Source of the DNA: Eledone cirrhosa
Lineage: Eukaryota
DNA length: 64,000 nucleotides
Direction: 5' to 3'
NCBI GenBank assembly: GCA_964016885.1
Contig: OZ024741.1
Coordinates: forward strand, 231,446,001 to 231,510,000
The notes beneath the pieces are model-generated. The model saw nothing but the letters and a program-made list of their open reading frames with translations, did no database searches and was not told the origin of the DNA. This document shows, piece after piece, positions 27,809 to 44,061 of this stretch. The position numbers and the translations under genes are program-made. Position 1 is the first letter of the stretch; each line of letters starts with the position of its first letter.

Positions 27809-30085
27809 TTATACTTGGGGAGGGTCATATTTGTGTAATATTGCCAGAATTAATAACAGAACACACTCACTGTTTGGTTGGTTTTCGCTGCTGTGTCTTT
27901 TATATCGGTAATCTAATTTATTCGGTCCTCAATGTTGCCATTGACTGACCAACGGTCAAAAATAATACACATATAATATAGACACAAACACATATATATA
28001 GTTTATCAAAGTTCTTTCGTTGCACATCTGCAACATCGTCAGTGGTGCTATTGTTTCCTCCCGTTACATTGTATGTCTACGCCATCTTTATTTAGTCTGT
28101 TTATATATTTATTTATTTATTTGTTTGTTTGTTTATTTTATTTTGTCTTCTTTGCGCATGCGTTTGCGTGTGTGTATAGTGTTTTGTTTGATGTGTGTTC
28201 GTGATTGGGTGACTGTGTATCGGTTAATGTATTCTATATTTACTAGTGTGTGTTTATATGTGTTTGTTGTTATTGTGCTTGTGTATGTATTTATTTATTT
28301 ATTTATTTCTACTTCTCTTAGGTCAGTGTGGTTTGTTTGGGTGTTGTTGTTATTCCATTCATTCTTTCTTTTTAGTCTTGGCTTTTTAAGTTCTATTTCA
28401 CTGGCCTCTCTGATTTGCCTATCTGCTGGGTCATTTCTATGTTTAGATATTATTCTAATTTCTATGTTGTCTATGTTACCGTCGTGTTGTTGTCTGGCAT
28501 GTTCGTATAGTACTGACCCGTTTTTTCGTCCTTCTAGTTCCCCCTAGTGTTGGTCTATCCTTTCACCTATGCTACGAGCTGTCTCGCCTATGTATGTTGT
28601 TGTCATGTTTCTGCAAGTACCCTCTGTACATCTTATGCTATAGACTACGTTTCTAGTTTTACAGTTTATCCGGGGGTTTACCTTACATATGATACATTTC
28701 CTATTAGTACAGTGGGTTTTCTTAAAAGGGTAGGTTTTGCTGATCAGGGATTTTATGGTGGTTCCTGGCTTTTCTACCACCTTAATCTTTAAGTGGGTCT
28801 TTCTCAGGGTCTTTCTACACTAGTTAGTTAATTTCCCTCCAGGGGTAGCGTCCACAAACATGACACTCTGGTATCTCTGGTTGTCGTACCATGAGGTGGC
28901 TTTTCCTATCTTATGTCTAGCCCTATCTAAGCTATTCCATGATTTGCTCTTGTATAATGGGCAAATTCCTTTCATGTCCAGTTCTCTGAGGTCTTATACT
29001 TCTCCATGGCTCCTTCGTATACTCTGACTCTGTCTCTTTGGTTGTAGCCAGAGAACTGCATGCGGTTGATGAAGTGTTGGATGTGTCTTTCCATTTCTGT
29101 TGGGTCGCATATGCGGGACACATTCTTCATCACTCGTACCAAATCTGCGATCAGAATATTAAACTTAGCACTACTGGACATTGCTGAGTTTTTGAGTATC
29201 AGGTATTTGGAGGCCATGAGTGGAGAATTTGGGCTCTCTCGTATATAGTGTTAATCCAGAGTTCCGTGTCTAATACAGGTAGTCTATTGTTAGGGTGTCT
29301 GGAAGGGTAGTTGATAGTTACAGTTATACTCTGGTGTATGGAATTAGCTATCTGCTGGATGCTTTCCATTGTGCTACGTTCTAAATCAAATTTGTTAGTG
29401 CTCTCTAGTGGGGATGTTCTTATAACTATATTGATATCGTCTACATAACGAGAGTACATGATGAGGTCTATAGAACTCTCATTAAGGAGATCTTTAAGTC
29501 TCCTTTCCCACCATACCATAAAAAGGTTGGCAACATCACCAGCTATGCTGACGCCAATGGCTGCTCCCTCATTTGGGGTGTAGATCTTCTCGTTGAACTT
29601 GAATATGTGGCCCTTTAGGGTAGTTTTGATACTAGCCCCTATTGCATGTGCGACAATTTTTCTTACCTGATCATTGTTTTGGGGGTCCGTATAGCTTTGG
29701 TGCACCCAATCCACCTTCCCGTGGGAGTCTTTTTTGTCATTGAGGTTATGGTGGGGATCTAACTCTTATGAGTCTACTAGGGCAGAGACGTTTAAGGTCA
29801 TGGCTGTCTAGGTAGTCAGTGTCGTAGGTAAGTCTAAGTAGGAGGCCCAGTTCTTCTGTGCCGACATCGCATAACTCCACCTCACTCTCAATGATCATCT
29901 CCACACATTTTTCCACAGTAAAATCAATGTTAATGGCTGGGTACAGTGATACCACATCCATGCTGCCTATTATGCAGTTCGATAGGTTCCTGTTTATGTG
30001 GCACTCACTGATTCTGCTGAGGAGGTCCTCTGTACTGTCAAATACATCTGGGGACATCTTGATTATGGGGTGTATAACCATTGAG
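27805..30085 (-). mobile_element. Neptune/Nematis-like PLE with RT, Cys linker, GIY-YIG and 3' UTR; decayed
   Basis: [68 protein letters not shown]. Confidence 0.92.
28005..28046 (-). ncRNA. Minimal type I HHR with an extra nucleotide after A9
   Basis: ACCA-CTGACGA-T-GTTGCA gatg TGCAAC-GAAA-GAAC-TT-TGAT; degenerate copy at ~54988-55026. Confidence 0.75.
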
Positions 30086-30332
30086 ACGTTTCTGCTCTAG
30101 TAGACCCATAAGAGGTAGATCCTCCACCATAACCTCAATGGCAAAAAAGACTCCCATGGGAAGGTGGATCGGGTGGTCCACAGCTATACAGACCCTCCCC
30201 CCCCAAAAAAAAATCAATGATCAGGTAAGAAAAATGGTCGCACATGCAATAGTGGCTAGTATCAAAACTACCCTAAAGGGCCACATATTCAAGTTCAACG
30301 AGAAGATCTACACCCAAGATGAGGGAGCAGCC
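30085..30332 (+). mobile_element. Inverted duplicate of PLE RT segment 29560-29793
   Basis: Same peptide [33 protein letters not shown] on the opposite strand. Confidence 0.92.
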
Positions 30333-30582
30333 ATATATATATATATATATGTATATATATATTTATATATATAAATACATATATATATATATATATATAA
30401 ATCCATATATATATATATATAAATACATATATATATATACTTATATATAAATACATATAAATACATATATATATATATATATATAAATCCATATATATAT
30501 ATAAATACATATATATATATATACATATATATAAATACATATAAATATATATATATATATATGAATACATATATATATATAC

Positions 30583-30619
<37 letters not shown>

Positions 30620-30682
30620 CATATATTATATATATATATACATATACATATATATATATTTATATATATACATATATATATG

Positions 30683-30848
<166 letters not shown>

Positions 30849-30854
30849 ACATAT

Positions 30855-32225
30855 ATAGTAATAATAATAAAATTGAAGTCTAAAATCCAGAGAGGGCTCG
30901 ATAAGGAAAATATATATCAAATATATAAGAACCGAAGAGCAAATATTTATTAAAATAACAGATTAAAGTTTAAGCAAAGAATCGCTGCTTTCACCCTTAA
31001 CGGGATCTTCTGAAACTAACAAAGTCAATCTGTAAACGCAGAACTGGATATTTCAAAAAACGTTGCAACCGGAGGAAGACAGGATGACGATACTTTGGTT
31101 CATGGTGACGTTCGCTGGCAAAGAACGGAAAAAAACGAATAATACGTCATTAATAGGAGCGGTGAAAAACAATTACGTGCAAGGACAGAACCACGTTTAT
31201 GGTATAAAAGAGGTCGTAGACTAATGTTCTCTAAGTGGTGCATAGAGACGTTCTCTGGCAATGAACGAAAAAACGAAGATAATAAGTCATATGTGGAGCG
31301 TGGAGAACAATAGCGTGCAAAGACAAAACCACGTAAATGGTATAGCAGAAGTCGTAGACTAAAATTCTAACTAGGAGACCGAATGAATCTCCGCTACAGA
31401 GTTAAGAACAAAGTAAATAAATACAATACAGAAGTAATAGGAACAAATAAATACATACGCGCAAACAGATACTTACATACACAAGCATACGTAAAACCTT
31501 ACCATAGGTATACAAAACCACGCACATATAAATATATGCATGTGTGTATGCTTGTGTACAAATAAATAAATAATTATATAAACGTATATAAGTAAATAAA
31601 TACGTATATAACAAGCGCACACACATACCTACAAATAAATACATGAAGGTTCGGAGACGTATGTCAACTAAAACAAGAAGTACACATATACACACACCCA
31701 CCATACGTACGAACCTGCATACTCACGCAGACGCAAATCTCTCATATACACATAACCAAGCCCTAAATACCAGAATATGTAAAAATTATACGCCAAAACA
31801 GTCAAATATACGTACAAAACATACGGGTAATATATACTTACCTATGCAAAAAGTAAAGGAATAAACAAAACATATACTTAGCTCCCACATCAAGACGTAA
31901 ATATCCACGTATAGATCGTGCTATCCGTTAGGGTAAAACGTAGGGCTGTAATACAGGAAAGTTTTGTGAATTTATGTTTACAAGCCGAAATTGCCTCAGA
32001 TTTTTTGTTTAAGATGTGGTCTGTGGCGTAGAGTATTTCCAGGCCTCAGCGGCGCAGAGGTCACATGGTCTTTTATTTCCGTTATACGATCTAGCCCTAG
32101 CTAGGATCTCCCAGTGTAACTTATATTGGGTGTGGTTGTCTTTTAGACTCCAGATATAAGCTGAAAGTGACGTCATATTCCTTCTTAGAGGGTAACGAAA
32201 AGAATGGGTATGCATGTAAAGACGC
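30855..32225 (-). mobile_element. Naiad-type PLE EN C-terminus (~31950-32225) plus probable 3' UTR
   Basis: TSLSAYIWSLKD..WEILARARSYNGNKRPCDLC; contains a ~140-bp tandem duplication (31107-31362); 30955-31060 is shared with 4105-4215. Confidence 0.75.
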
Positions 32226-32228
32226 TGT

Positions 32229-32339
<111 letters not shown>

Positions 32340-32377
32340 ATATATAAGATCAAAAGATGGTTAAATGAGTTCCATGT

Positions 32378-32446
32378 ATTTTATTATGCGCATTTCAAAA
32401 ACAAATATCATCATGCAATAACATTTGGGTTTTCATCAGATAAAAT
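32378..32446 (-). ncRNA. Type I HHR
   Basis: ATTTTAT-CTGATGA-AAA..CAAATGTTATT..GATGATATTTG..TTT-GAAA-TGCGCA-TA-ATAAAAT; its 3' half recurs inverted at 33139-33197. Confidence 0.82.
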
Positions 32447-33290
32447 GGGAAGACATGATATGAAGGTTAAGTACACTTGTGGAAAGTGCAGTTTTAAATC
32501 AACATATGAAAAGTAGTTTTAGATTGATGTGTGATATTGGGGAAACAATTTTTTTTAGGGGGGTGGGGTGGAAAGGATGAAAAAGTGGAGGAAATGAGAG
32601 TAAAGAGTGGAGGGGGAGGAGTATAATGAGGAAGGGTGAGATAGGAGGAGAAATGGGTGATAGAGAGAGATAGCTTTTATAACTGAGAAAAATATATTGT
32701 TTTACATAGAGAGGTTGAAAAACCGTTGGAAGATAATGTATAAATTAAAAGAATTTGAAAATTAACGAAGAGAAAAATAATGTAAAGTTAAGGTTTGTAT
32801 ATTGAAGGGTTTAATAATATGTGCGATGTAAAGAAAATGTTAATATGTATTAAGAATAATATTTAAGGGTTTAATAATATGTGCGATGGAAAGAAAATAT
32901 TGATATGTATTATGAAAAAAACAAAAGTAATGTAAGTAAGGATATATTGTGAGATGAGCATGAATAAGTCAGATGAAAGTGAGAAAAAAATAATGAATAG
33001 AGGATGAATAATCTAACGTTTATGTTTACGAAGGATTTTTTCAGGGTGATATAAAGTAAGAATATATTGTATTGTGTAATAATTGTTTCTATGTTAGGCA
33101 CAGTGAGAAAAGGTACAGATTAGGGGTTAGAAATTAACGTTTTTGAAATGCGCATAATAAAACACATGGAACTCATTTAACCATCTTTTGATCTTATATA
33201 TAATGTATACTCCAGTCCTAGAAACTGTAGAGTGCTTCTTATCCGATATCTGCATTGCTTTATTGTACTACAATAAAACTCACCTCCTAC

Positions 33291-33467
<177 letters not shown>

Positions 33468-33584
33468 GTATATAAGAATAAAAATACTAGAGTGCGTTGG
33501 AGTAAAACACACTCGTCGTATTATAGAAATGACAGTATAGGATATAGCTCAATGTAATACAACAGAGCCGAATGTATATAAACA

Positions 33585-33621
<37 letters not shown>

Positions 33622-33628
33622 GTATATA

Positions 33629-33746
<118 letters not shown>

Positions 33747-33780
33747 TATATATATATATATGTATATATATATATGTATG

Positions 33781-33820
<40 letters not shown>

Positions 33821-33822
33821 GG

Positions 33823-33923
<101 letters not shown>

Positions 33924-33966
33924 ATATGTATATATATTTATATATATATATATTTATATATATATT

Positions 33967-33997
<31 letters not shown>

Positions 33998-34060
33998 GTA
34001 TATATATATGTATTTATATATGTATCTATATATATATATATATTTATATATATCTATATC

Positions 34061-34231
<171 letters not shown>

Positions 34232-34706
34232 GTATTTATATATATATATATATTTATATGTATTTATATATATATATATATATGTATTTATATATATATA
34301 TATATTTATATGTATTTATATATATATATTTATATGTATTTATATATATATATTTATATGTATTTATATATATATATATATATTTATATGTATTTATATA
34401 TATATATTTATTTACATGTATTTATATATATATATCTTTATATGTATTTATATATATATATATATATTTATATGTATTTATATATATATATCTTTATATG
34501 TATTTATATATATATATATATATGTATTTATATATATATATATATTTATATGTATTTATATATATATATTTATATGTATTTATATATATATATATATATT
34601 TTATATGTATTTATATATATGTATATATATATGTATATATATATAAGTATTTATATATATATATATATATATGTATTTATATATATAAATATATATATAC
34701 ATATAT

Positions 34707-37700
34707 ACGATATTAATAAATGGAAACTATATTTATAAAACCATATTTATTTCATTATATATATTTCAAGGATACCATGTTAAATTATGGTATACCTTAA
34801 TCAGACAAAATACAATATATAACAGTTTTATAAATAGACACTGACGTACCCTTTTAAAAAGTGACCGTTGCTTTTGGAGGCCATCAGGATAGTGGTTTGT
34901 TTACTTTAGTAAGTCATAGTGTTAAGAGTAAGTGAAAAGAGGGAGGGAGAGAGAGAGAGAGACGTGGAGAAAAGAAAGGGAGAGATAGATAAAGAAAAAG
35001 AAGAAAGCAAAAAGAAAAGAGAACAGAGGAAAATAACGGGGAATTATCAGACCATCAGACAGAGAAAAAAACTCAAGAGAGAGATATATAGAGAGAGGTT
35101 GGAGAGAACGAAAACCTTAAGTTATGTCATATTAAGTTGAGTTAACAATTGATATGAAATGAATAAATAAAATTAGATATATTAATATTCATGAATGGAA
35201 TATAGATATATAATATGACAAATTACACATTGTTTAATTATGATTAGATATTTAGTTTAAAAATGGAGATCAATATATTAAAAATTGGAATTTAAACATT
35301 ATAAAATATAGATATTGCTAGAGAAATTACCTATCGTATATCACATACACATAGGCAGAGTTACATAAATATATATATATACACACTCACTCAGAAAATA
35401 CACATTATATCTACTCCCGCATATAATATATACATACAAAGCATAAGTGATTTTTTTATTTATTGCTATACATTCCTTGTTTTATTAATTAAAAATGTTT
35501 AGTATATATATATATAAATATATAGGATTAACTTTCATGCATTTATGGCTGTTAAGTTATGCATTTCTGCAATGAAAAACTTCATGTGTAAGCCTGGACA
35601 TTCACACCCATAATTCTAGCTATACATGAATAGATATGTGTGTGCATCTTCACCCAATTGGTATACACGCGTCACTCATGCATATATACAGACAGACATA
35701 TAATCATAAAAAAGCATATAACACATGTATATGTATGTCAATACACATATATAGATACATAAGCCGTATATAGACATAAGTATACATCAATATATAACAT
35801 AGTACAATTGAGTACATCAAATACAAAAGGATTATATTTTGGAAATATAATTATATCAATATAACTTAAAAGGCAAACGAATTCTACAAATATCAAAATA
35901 CTAAAATATCCCAAAATATTATAGAATATATTTTGTATATAAATTTATCTTACGTATATTTTACTCAAGATATTGAAAGGACAAACTTTTGAAAATTATT
36001 AGAAGCTATCAGAATAAAAATAAATCTAATAAAAAAATTATGAGAAGCTATCAGAATAAAAACAAATCTAATAAAAAATAAAATCAATCTAATAAAAAAT
36101 GAATCTAATAAAAAGATAAAAATAATAAAATGAATCTAATAAAAAATAAAAAATAAATAAAATATTATATCAATATAACTTTAAAAACAAGGATTCCACA
36201 GATATCAAAATACTAAAAAATTAAAAAAATTAAAATTTTTTAAAATTTTTTAAAATTTAAAAATATTATAGAATATTTTAAGCTAAAATAATATGTTTAG
36301 TATAGAAATTTATCTTGCGTATATTTTATTCAAGATATTGAAAGGATAAACTTTTCTAGAATAGTTTATTATATTTATAATTATATTTATGAAGAAAATT
36401 TATACTTGGGTACTTAACCAAAGAAAATGAAAAAGGTGAAGGAATCTAATGATTTATCGACAGGTTTCATATATTAACTAAATTAATTAAACTACATTTT
36501 AAATTTATATTTATATTTAAACGTTCAGTTCAATCTATGTCTGCAGCAACTGAAAAAATTATTCCTTAAATTAAGTGAATTTTTTTACTTTAATATAAAA
36601 AATATTTCCTCTATACAAAGATCACAATTTTCTGAAGAGGAATTAAAAGGAGTAGCTTCTGAAATAATATTCCAAATCAGCGAATATTCAACATTATCTC
36701 GTTTTAGGTCCCATAATAGGCTAGATAGCGAAGTTGAATATTTTTTGTTTGGATCTGTAAAATAATTTTTATGATTATTGAAGCGGGATTTAAATTCTGT
36801 AGAGGTAGAACCGACATAATTAAATGAATTTAAATTAGTTTAAACATTACAATTATAAACTACATTTTTAGCTAAGCAGTTGTTATTTAACGGACAGTTG
36901 GATTTATTTCTACAGTTAGAGTTATTCGATTGAATATTGCTTGGGTTATTATTGGTATTTTGGTTAGGTTTTAAATTTCTATTATTAATTCTATTAATAT
37001 TTTGCGCTAAATTTTTGTTGGAAGAGTAAGTTAATTTTATAGTATGTCTATTAAAAATTGAGTAAGATTTATGTGTTCTAGGGAACCGTTTGTCAAGAGC
37101 GTTAAAGAATAGTTTAGCAATAGGGGTTTTAATATTTAGTGAGAAAGGAGAAGCGAACCATAATAGATTCCTAGTTCTATTTCTTTTTCGGCTTTCAGAG
37201 TTATTGTAATATTTTCTATTATAGTTGTTGAAATTGTTACCATAATTAAAGTTGTTATTATTTTGGTTATTTTGTATATTATTATTATTATCTATGTATT
37301 TAATTTTATTTCTATACCCAGCTCTACCTAACGCTTCGTTGTAATAATGCGCTTTTTCATCAAATATATTCTTATTAGATGAAATTCTTGAAATTCGTTC
37401 TTGAACAGAGTTCACTATAGTATTTTTAACGGATCTGGGGTGATTAGAGTTAAAATTGACATAATTTAAGTTCTCATTTAGTTTGTGAAATGGATAATGA
37501 AGACATGTGTTGAGATTTAGTGTTACATCTAGAAAATTGACTATTTTATGGTTATTCTCTATTTCTACTTCTAGATTAAGGTAATTAAAAAATTGTATAA
37601 TTTTTTTTCTTTTTCTATTTAGTTGACAGCCATTATTTTCTATAATTAAAAGCATGTCGTCACGATATAAGCCTCCGGTTACACCTGGTATTTTTCTATG

Positions 37701-38500
37701 TAGATAATTAATTATAAATAGGCCCACAAGGTTCGTTACCTGAGCTGAGTCTGAAGATCCCATAGTTATGTCGAAATTATTATTTCTATCTGCCCTAGTC
37801 CAGAGTTGGTTATTAAATTCTATTAATGTTTTCCGTGCCGATAATATAGTGTGCATTTCATTGCTAGTTAAGTTTGTATGTTTAAATGCGTAGGTTAGTG
37901 CCTTATTCAGTAGATTAGGAGTGATAGATGAGTAGTAGTTAGCAATATCCAACTGAATAAACTTATTATTATAGTTATATTTAATTTATTTAAACCAATC
38001 GATAACCTCACTAGTCCCTTTCCATAATTTTAAGTAAGATAAATTAGGTAAATTCTTAATTTGTTGTATTATTCTGTCTAGAATATTTTTGCTAAGTCTG
38101 CCCAGGTCAGATTTAGATGGTGCAATTAATCTGACTGGTAAATCATTTTCAAAGTTTCTTTTATGATCCTTCTTATTGATCTTAGGTTTCCTTGGCATGA
38201 AGGGTTGTGTTTTATTTTCAATGTCTAGTTCATGCATTATACAAGAGGCATCTGTATTCAGTTTTTCAAGTTCGTCCTTATTTGCTACTTTATATTTCTT
38301 CCTTAGTTCCTTCAATATAAGGTCGTTATAAATGTCCTTTTGTATTCCGTAAAGATTATTACTTTTGTCCGACATGACTAGAATTTTCTCCGTTTTCTCC
38401 AAGTTTTCAATCTTATCCGTAATATCTCTTAAGTAATCTTGGCCTTTGAAGTGGTTTTTGAATTTGATGCTTTGGATGCTCATAATAATTTCTATACCTT
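34707..38500 (-). mobile_element. Naiad-type PLE, RT plus GIY-YIG (ORF remnants ~36500-38490) and ~1.8-kb 3' UTR
   Basis: [77 protein letters not shown]; in-frame stops present. Confidence 0.95.
34742..34819 (-). ncRNA. Type I HHR, G8U (likely inactive)
   Basis: TATTTTGT-CTGATTA-AGG.ATACCAT..ATGGTAT CCTT-GAAA-TATATA-TA-ATGAAATA; homolog of 54459-54537. Confidence 0.65.
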
Positions 38501-38507
38501 CCATATA

Positions 38508-38564
<57 letters not shown>

Positions 38565-38672
38565 GTATATATATATGTATATATATATATATATGTATAT
38601 ATATATGTATATATATATATATATATGTATATATATGTATATGTATAATTATATATATGTATATACATACTG

Positions 38673-38705
<33 letters not shown>

Positions 38706-38719
38706 GTATATACATACTG

Positions 38720-38752
<33 letters not shown>

Positions 38753-38779
38753 GTATATATATATGTATATATATACGGC

Positions 38780-38817
<38 letters not shown>

Positions 38818-38916
38818 GTATATATATACTGTATATATATATGTATATATATATACTGTATATAAATATATATGTATATATATACATATATATATGTATA
38901 TATATACATATATATG

Positions 38917-38949
<33 letters not shown>

Positions 38950-39036
38950 GTATATGTATATATATATATATGTATATGTATATGTATATATATATATATT
39001 TATATATATATGTATATATATAAATATGTATGTATT

Positions 39037-39067
<31 letters not shown>

Positions 39068-39118
39068 GTATTTATATATATATATACATATATATGTATA
39101 TATATATATATTTATATG

Positions 39119-39149
<31 letters not shown>

Positions 39150-39236
39150 GTATATATATATATGTATATATATATATGTATATATATATGTATATATATA
39201 TATGTATTTATATATATATATGTATATATATATATG

Positions 39237-39275
<39 letters not shown>

Positions 39276-39330
39276 TTATATATATATATATATATATATA
39301 TGTATTTATATGTATATATATATATGTATT

Positions 39331-39456
<126 letters not shown>

Positions 39457-39465
39457 TATGTATAC

Positions 39466-39497
<32 letters not shown>

Positions 39498-39524
39498 ACA
39501 CAAATATATATATATATATATATA

Positions 39525-39752
39525 AATGAGAGGTATAGAGATTGTTTTAGCAAGAAGCTAACGGCATTCTATAACATATATGCGACTATAACGTCAAGAT
39601 GGGAAAAGTAGTTAACGAAAGATTTAGGAAAAATAACTCAAACTCATCTCAAAAGAGAATCAGGATATAAATTCATCCACAGAATTTAGTAAAATCCAGG
39701 GAAAATCTATAGACCTTTAACTCATGATAAAATAAAGTTTGAAACACTTTGA
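39525..39752. repeat. Dispersed repeat fragment, opposite orientation to ~51460-51690
   Basis: Alignable by eye as reverse complements; both abut (TA)n at the same end. Confidence 0.75.
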
Positions 39753-39772
39753 AACATATATATATATATATG

Positions 39773-39810
<38 letters not shown>

Positions 39811-39833
39811 TATATATATATATATATATAAAT

Positions 39834-39866
<33 letters not shown>

Positions 39867-39975
39867 AATACATATATATATATATATAAATACATTTATA
39901 TATATATATATAAATACATATATATATATATATAAATACATATATATATATATATATATATATAAATACATACAT

Positions 39976-40009
<34 letters not shown>

Positions 40010-40014
40010 TTAGA

Positions 40015-40050
<36 letters not shown>

Positions 40051-40052
40051 AA

Positions 40053-40084
<32 letters not shown>

Positions 40085-40089
40085 AATAC

Positions 40090-40122
<33 letters not shown>

Positions 40123-40187
40123 CATATATATATACATATACATATACATATATATATACATATAGATATATATATATATATATATAA

Positions 40188-40284
<97 letters not shown>

Positions 40285-40357
40285 CATATATATATATATA
40301 TTTCGTTTCTGAATTTGTTTAGCACGATTCTTCATCTGAAATCGTGTGTTGAAATCG

Positions 40358-41126
40358 ATATTGTTATACTTTGGGAGGGTCATGTTGCCATGTATAGCAT
40401 AAGATGTACTGAAGGACAATGTAGAAACAAAAATATAGTGTACATAGGTGAGACAGCTCGTAGTATAGGGGAACGGATAAATGAACACTGGCGAGACCTT
40501 CCAGATAATAAAGAATCATCTGTACTCTACCAACATGCCAAGATAGAACACAAGGGTAAATTAGAGAACATAGAAATAAAAATAGAATCCACACACAGAA
40601 AAGATGCAATGTTTAGGCAAATTACAGACGCAGTAAGCATAAAAGAATTACAACCAAAATTAAATAGAAAATATGAGTGGAACAGCAACATCACAACTTA
40701 CAATTAAGGACAAAATGAAAACACACACACACATAGAACAAACAACCAACCAACAACATGTAAATAAATAAACAAACAAATAGATAAATGAACACAAACA
40801 CACACAGACACCCGGATGTGGCGCATGCGCAAACTGAGCACACAACACACACACAGAAACAAAATGGCGTAGGACAGAAGAAAGGAAAGGCACAGAAACA
40901 AAGAAAGGAACCCCCAGTCACTGAAGAGGTCACAGAGTGTGTGACGAAAGGACTATGACTATATATAAACAACTATCTGGTTGTGGAACCAAACAACCAA
41001 CCAGAAATTTATAAGTTTGTAGATCTGTAAATTCATAAATTTATAAATATATAATAAATTGAAGTGAAAGCACCTGGTGCGTGTGTTTCTTATTGGCAAC
41101 ATGACCCTCCCAAAGTATAACAATAT
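40358..41126 (+). mobile_element. Neptune/Nematis-like PLE 3' part with a 33-bp inverted terminus
   Basis: [27 protein letters not shown]; 40358-40390 is the reverse complement of 41094-41126. Confidence 0.92.
40916..40960 (+). ncRNA. Minimal type I HHR with an extra nucleotide after A9
   Basis: AGTCA-CTGAAGA-G-GTCACA gagtg TGTGAC-GAAA-GGAC-TA-TGACT. Confidence 0.85.
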
Positions 41127-41151
41127 ATATATATACATATATATAAATACA

Positions 41152-41283
<132 letters not shown>

Positions 41284-41285
41284 CA

Positions 41286-41369
<84 letters not shown>

Positions 41370-41378
41370 CATATATAA

Positions 41379-41427
<49 letters not shown>

Positions 41428-41450
41428 CATATATATATATATATATATAA

Positions 41451-41497
<47 letters not shown>

Positions 41498-41590
41498 CAT
41501 ATATATATATATATATAAATACATATATAAATACATATATATGTATATATATATATATATAGATACATATATATATATATATATATATAA

Positions 41591-41664
<74 letters not shown>

Positions 41665-41666
41665 CA

Positions 41667-41714
<48 letters not shown>

Positions 41715-41717
41715 TAA

Positions 41718-41847
<130 letters not shown>

Positions 41848-41981
41848 TTAGGTTAATAGGAGTTAGGTATTGTATAGCCGTGTCCCATTAATGTATTGGC
41901 AGCATAATAATTAGCTCTATGCTTTGGAGCTGAGCCGTATATATGATAAAGAACACAAGAGCGTCTACAACATCAACAGGT

Positions 41982-42041
41982 TTTTATTGGCTTACAATGT
42001 TTCTTCCTTATGTAACCGTAGGATTCGTCAGAGCTATAAAA
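41982..42041 (-). ncRNA. Minimal type I HHR
   Basis: TTTTAT a GCT-CTGACGA-A TCCT..AGGA A-GAAA-CATTG-TA-AGC ca ATAAAA. Confidence 0.78.
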
Positions 42042-43159
42042 GGGGTTTGATTGGTGTTATGGACTCTACTAACCAAACATTCAAGAACAAACATTAAGGA
42101 GAGTAAAGAGCAAAAGTAGGGGACGATATGTCTAATTTTGGTGCGGGAGGGTGGGTGTGGGTCCTTGTTTACTAGCTGCGGTCATATTCATTCCCGGGAG
42201 TCGAGTGGTTATCTGAACCATAGATGGGGTGGCGTCGATAGTATGGTGCAGAGGGTGTGCAGAGGCTACACAAACACAAATATAACGGAGGAGAAAGTGC
42301 ATGAGGTAATTAGAAATGGAAAAAGAGTAATAATAATAATCTATAATTAATAATGTATAATAAGGCATGGGGAAGATTACACTATAATAAGGTATAAAAG
42401 TAAGAATAAGGTAAAATATAAAGGAGGATAAAAGTGAAAATAATAAAGATAAAAAATATATATGTACAAAAATATATAGAGAATATTTAAAGAAATATAA
42501 GCGAGTATTTGGAGGGGAAAACAATGTAAAAAAACCGATTTTTTCAAATAAAAATAAAAATATTATAATTATGGGGGGAGAAAGCGGGATAGAGAAATAT
42601 GCTCAAATGTGATTAGTTGAAAGAATATAAGATGATAATAGTTATGTCAAGTTTATACATCTTAATAATAAATAATCTGTATATCAGAGTTACAGAACCT
42701 TCAATTCACTTACAGGTTCAAGCCACGTGGCATAGTCCATTGTTTATCTGTGCGGTCATGTGCGTTTGTTTTTGACACCACAGCAGATGCACAAGTTCGT
42801 AAATTCCAATGCAGATAGAAGTATATTTTTTCTCACCCAGACATTGACGTAGGATCCAATATTCCTAGTTCAATATGTGTGTGGTGTTATTTTGGTCGCA
42901 CAAATCAATCACTTGGTTCAATATTATGGAGTATGGTTTTCTGGTCTTCGTAACAGTGTCAATGGTTGTATATCTCGAAACCCATCTATGGTTCAGCTAA
43001 CCACTCGACTCCCGGGAATGAATATGACCGCAGCTAGTAAACAAGGACCCACACCCCACCCTCCCGCACCAAAATTAGACTTATCGTCCCCTACTTTTGC
43101 TCCTTACTCTTTGTTCTTGAATGTTTGGTTGGTAGAGTCCATAACACCAATCAAACCCC

Positions 43160-43218
43160 TTTTATAGCTCTGACGAATCCTACGGTTACGTAAGGAAGAA
43201 ACATTGTAAGCCAATACA
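43160..43218 (+). ncRNA. Minimal type I HHR
   Basis: GCT-CTGACGA-ATCCTACG gtta CGTAAGGAA-GAAA-CATTG-TA-AGC. Confidence 0.78.
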
Positions 43219-43256
43219 AATCTTTTGATGTTGTAGACGCTCTTGTGTTCTTTATC

Positions 43257-43289
<33 letters not shown>

Positions 43290-43498
43290 TATATGTATAT
43301 ATATAGGTTACCACAAATCAATATATTTATGTTTGTATTGTATTACAATACAAACATAAATATGAGGATATTTGTGTTTATCAAATATATTGATTTGTGT
43401 TAACCTATATTCACGGCTCAGAAATACTCTTTCTTTCTTCGAGCTATTTCATTGTAAATGATCGCCTGAGATTTGAACTCATTATTATTGATTTTTTT

Positions 43499-43560
<62 letters not shown>

Positions 43561-43565
43561 TATAC

Positions 43566-43638
<73 letters not shown>

Positions 43639-43693
43639 CATATAAATATATATATACATGTATATATACATATATATATACATATATATATAA

Positions 43694-43768
<75 letters not shown>

Positions 43769-43861
43769 TATATATATATACATATATATATACATATATA
43801 TATATATACATATATATATATACATATATACATATATATATATATACATATATATATATAC

Positions 43862-43914
<53 letters not shown>

Positions 43915-43975
43915 CATATATATATACATATATATATATACATACATATAAATATATATATACATGTATATATAC

Positions 43976-44008
<33 letters not shown>

Positions 44009-44061
44009 ACTATATATATATTTATATATGTATATATATATACAAATATATATATATATAC

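Larger units (their letters stand above)
41935..43262. mobile_element. Non-coding element with ~285-bp inverted termini, each carrying an HHR
   Basis: 41935-42228 is the reverse complement of 42982-43262. Confidence 0.82.

Noticed and set aside
41935-43262. MITE or DNA transposon with terminal inverted repeats
   Set aside because: The arms are HHR-bearing 3' ends like PLE inverted pLTRs, there is no transposase, and the same foldback pattern occurs on RT-coding copies.
43300-43410. Nested hairpins as a possible miRNA precursor
   Set aside because: An AT-rich perfect foldback next to a TA tract, better explained by the local inversion process.
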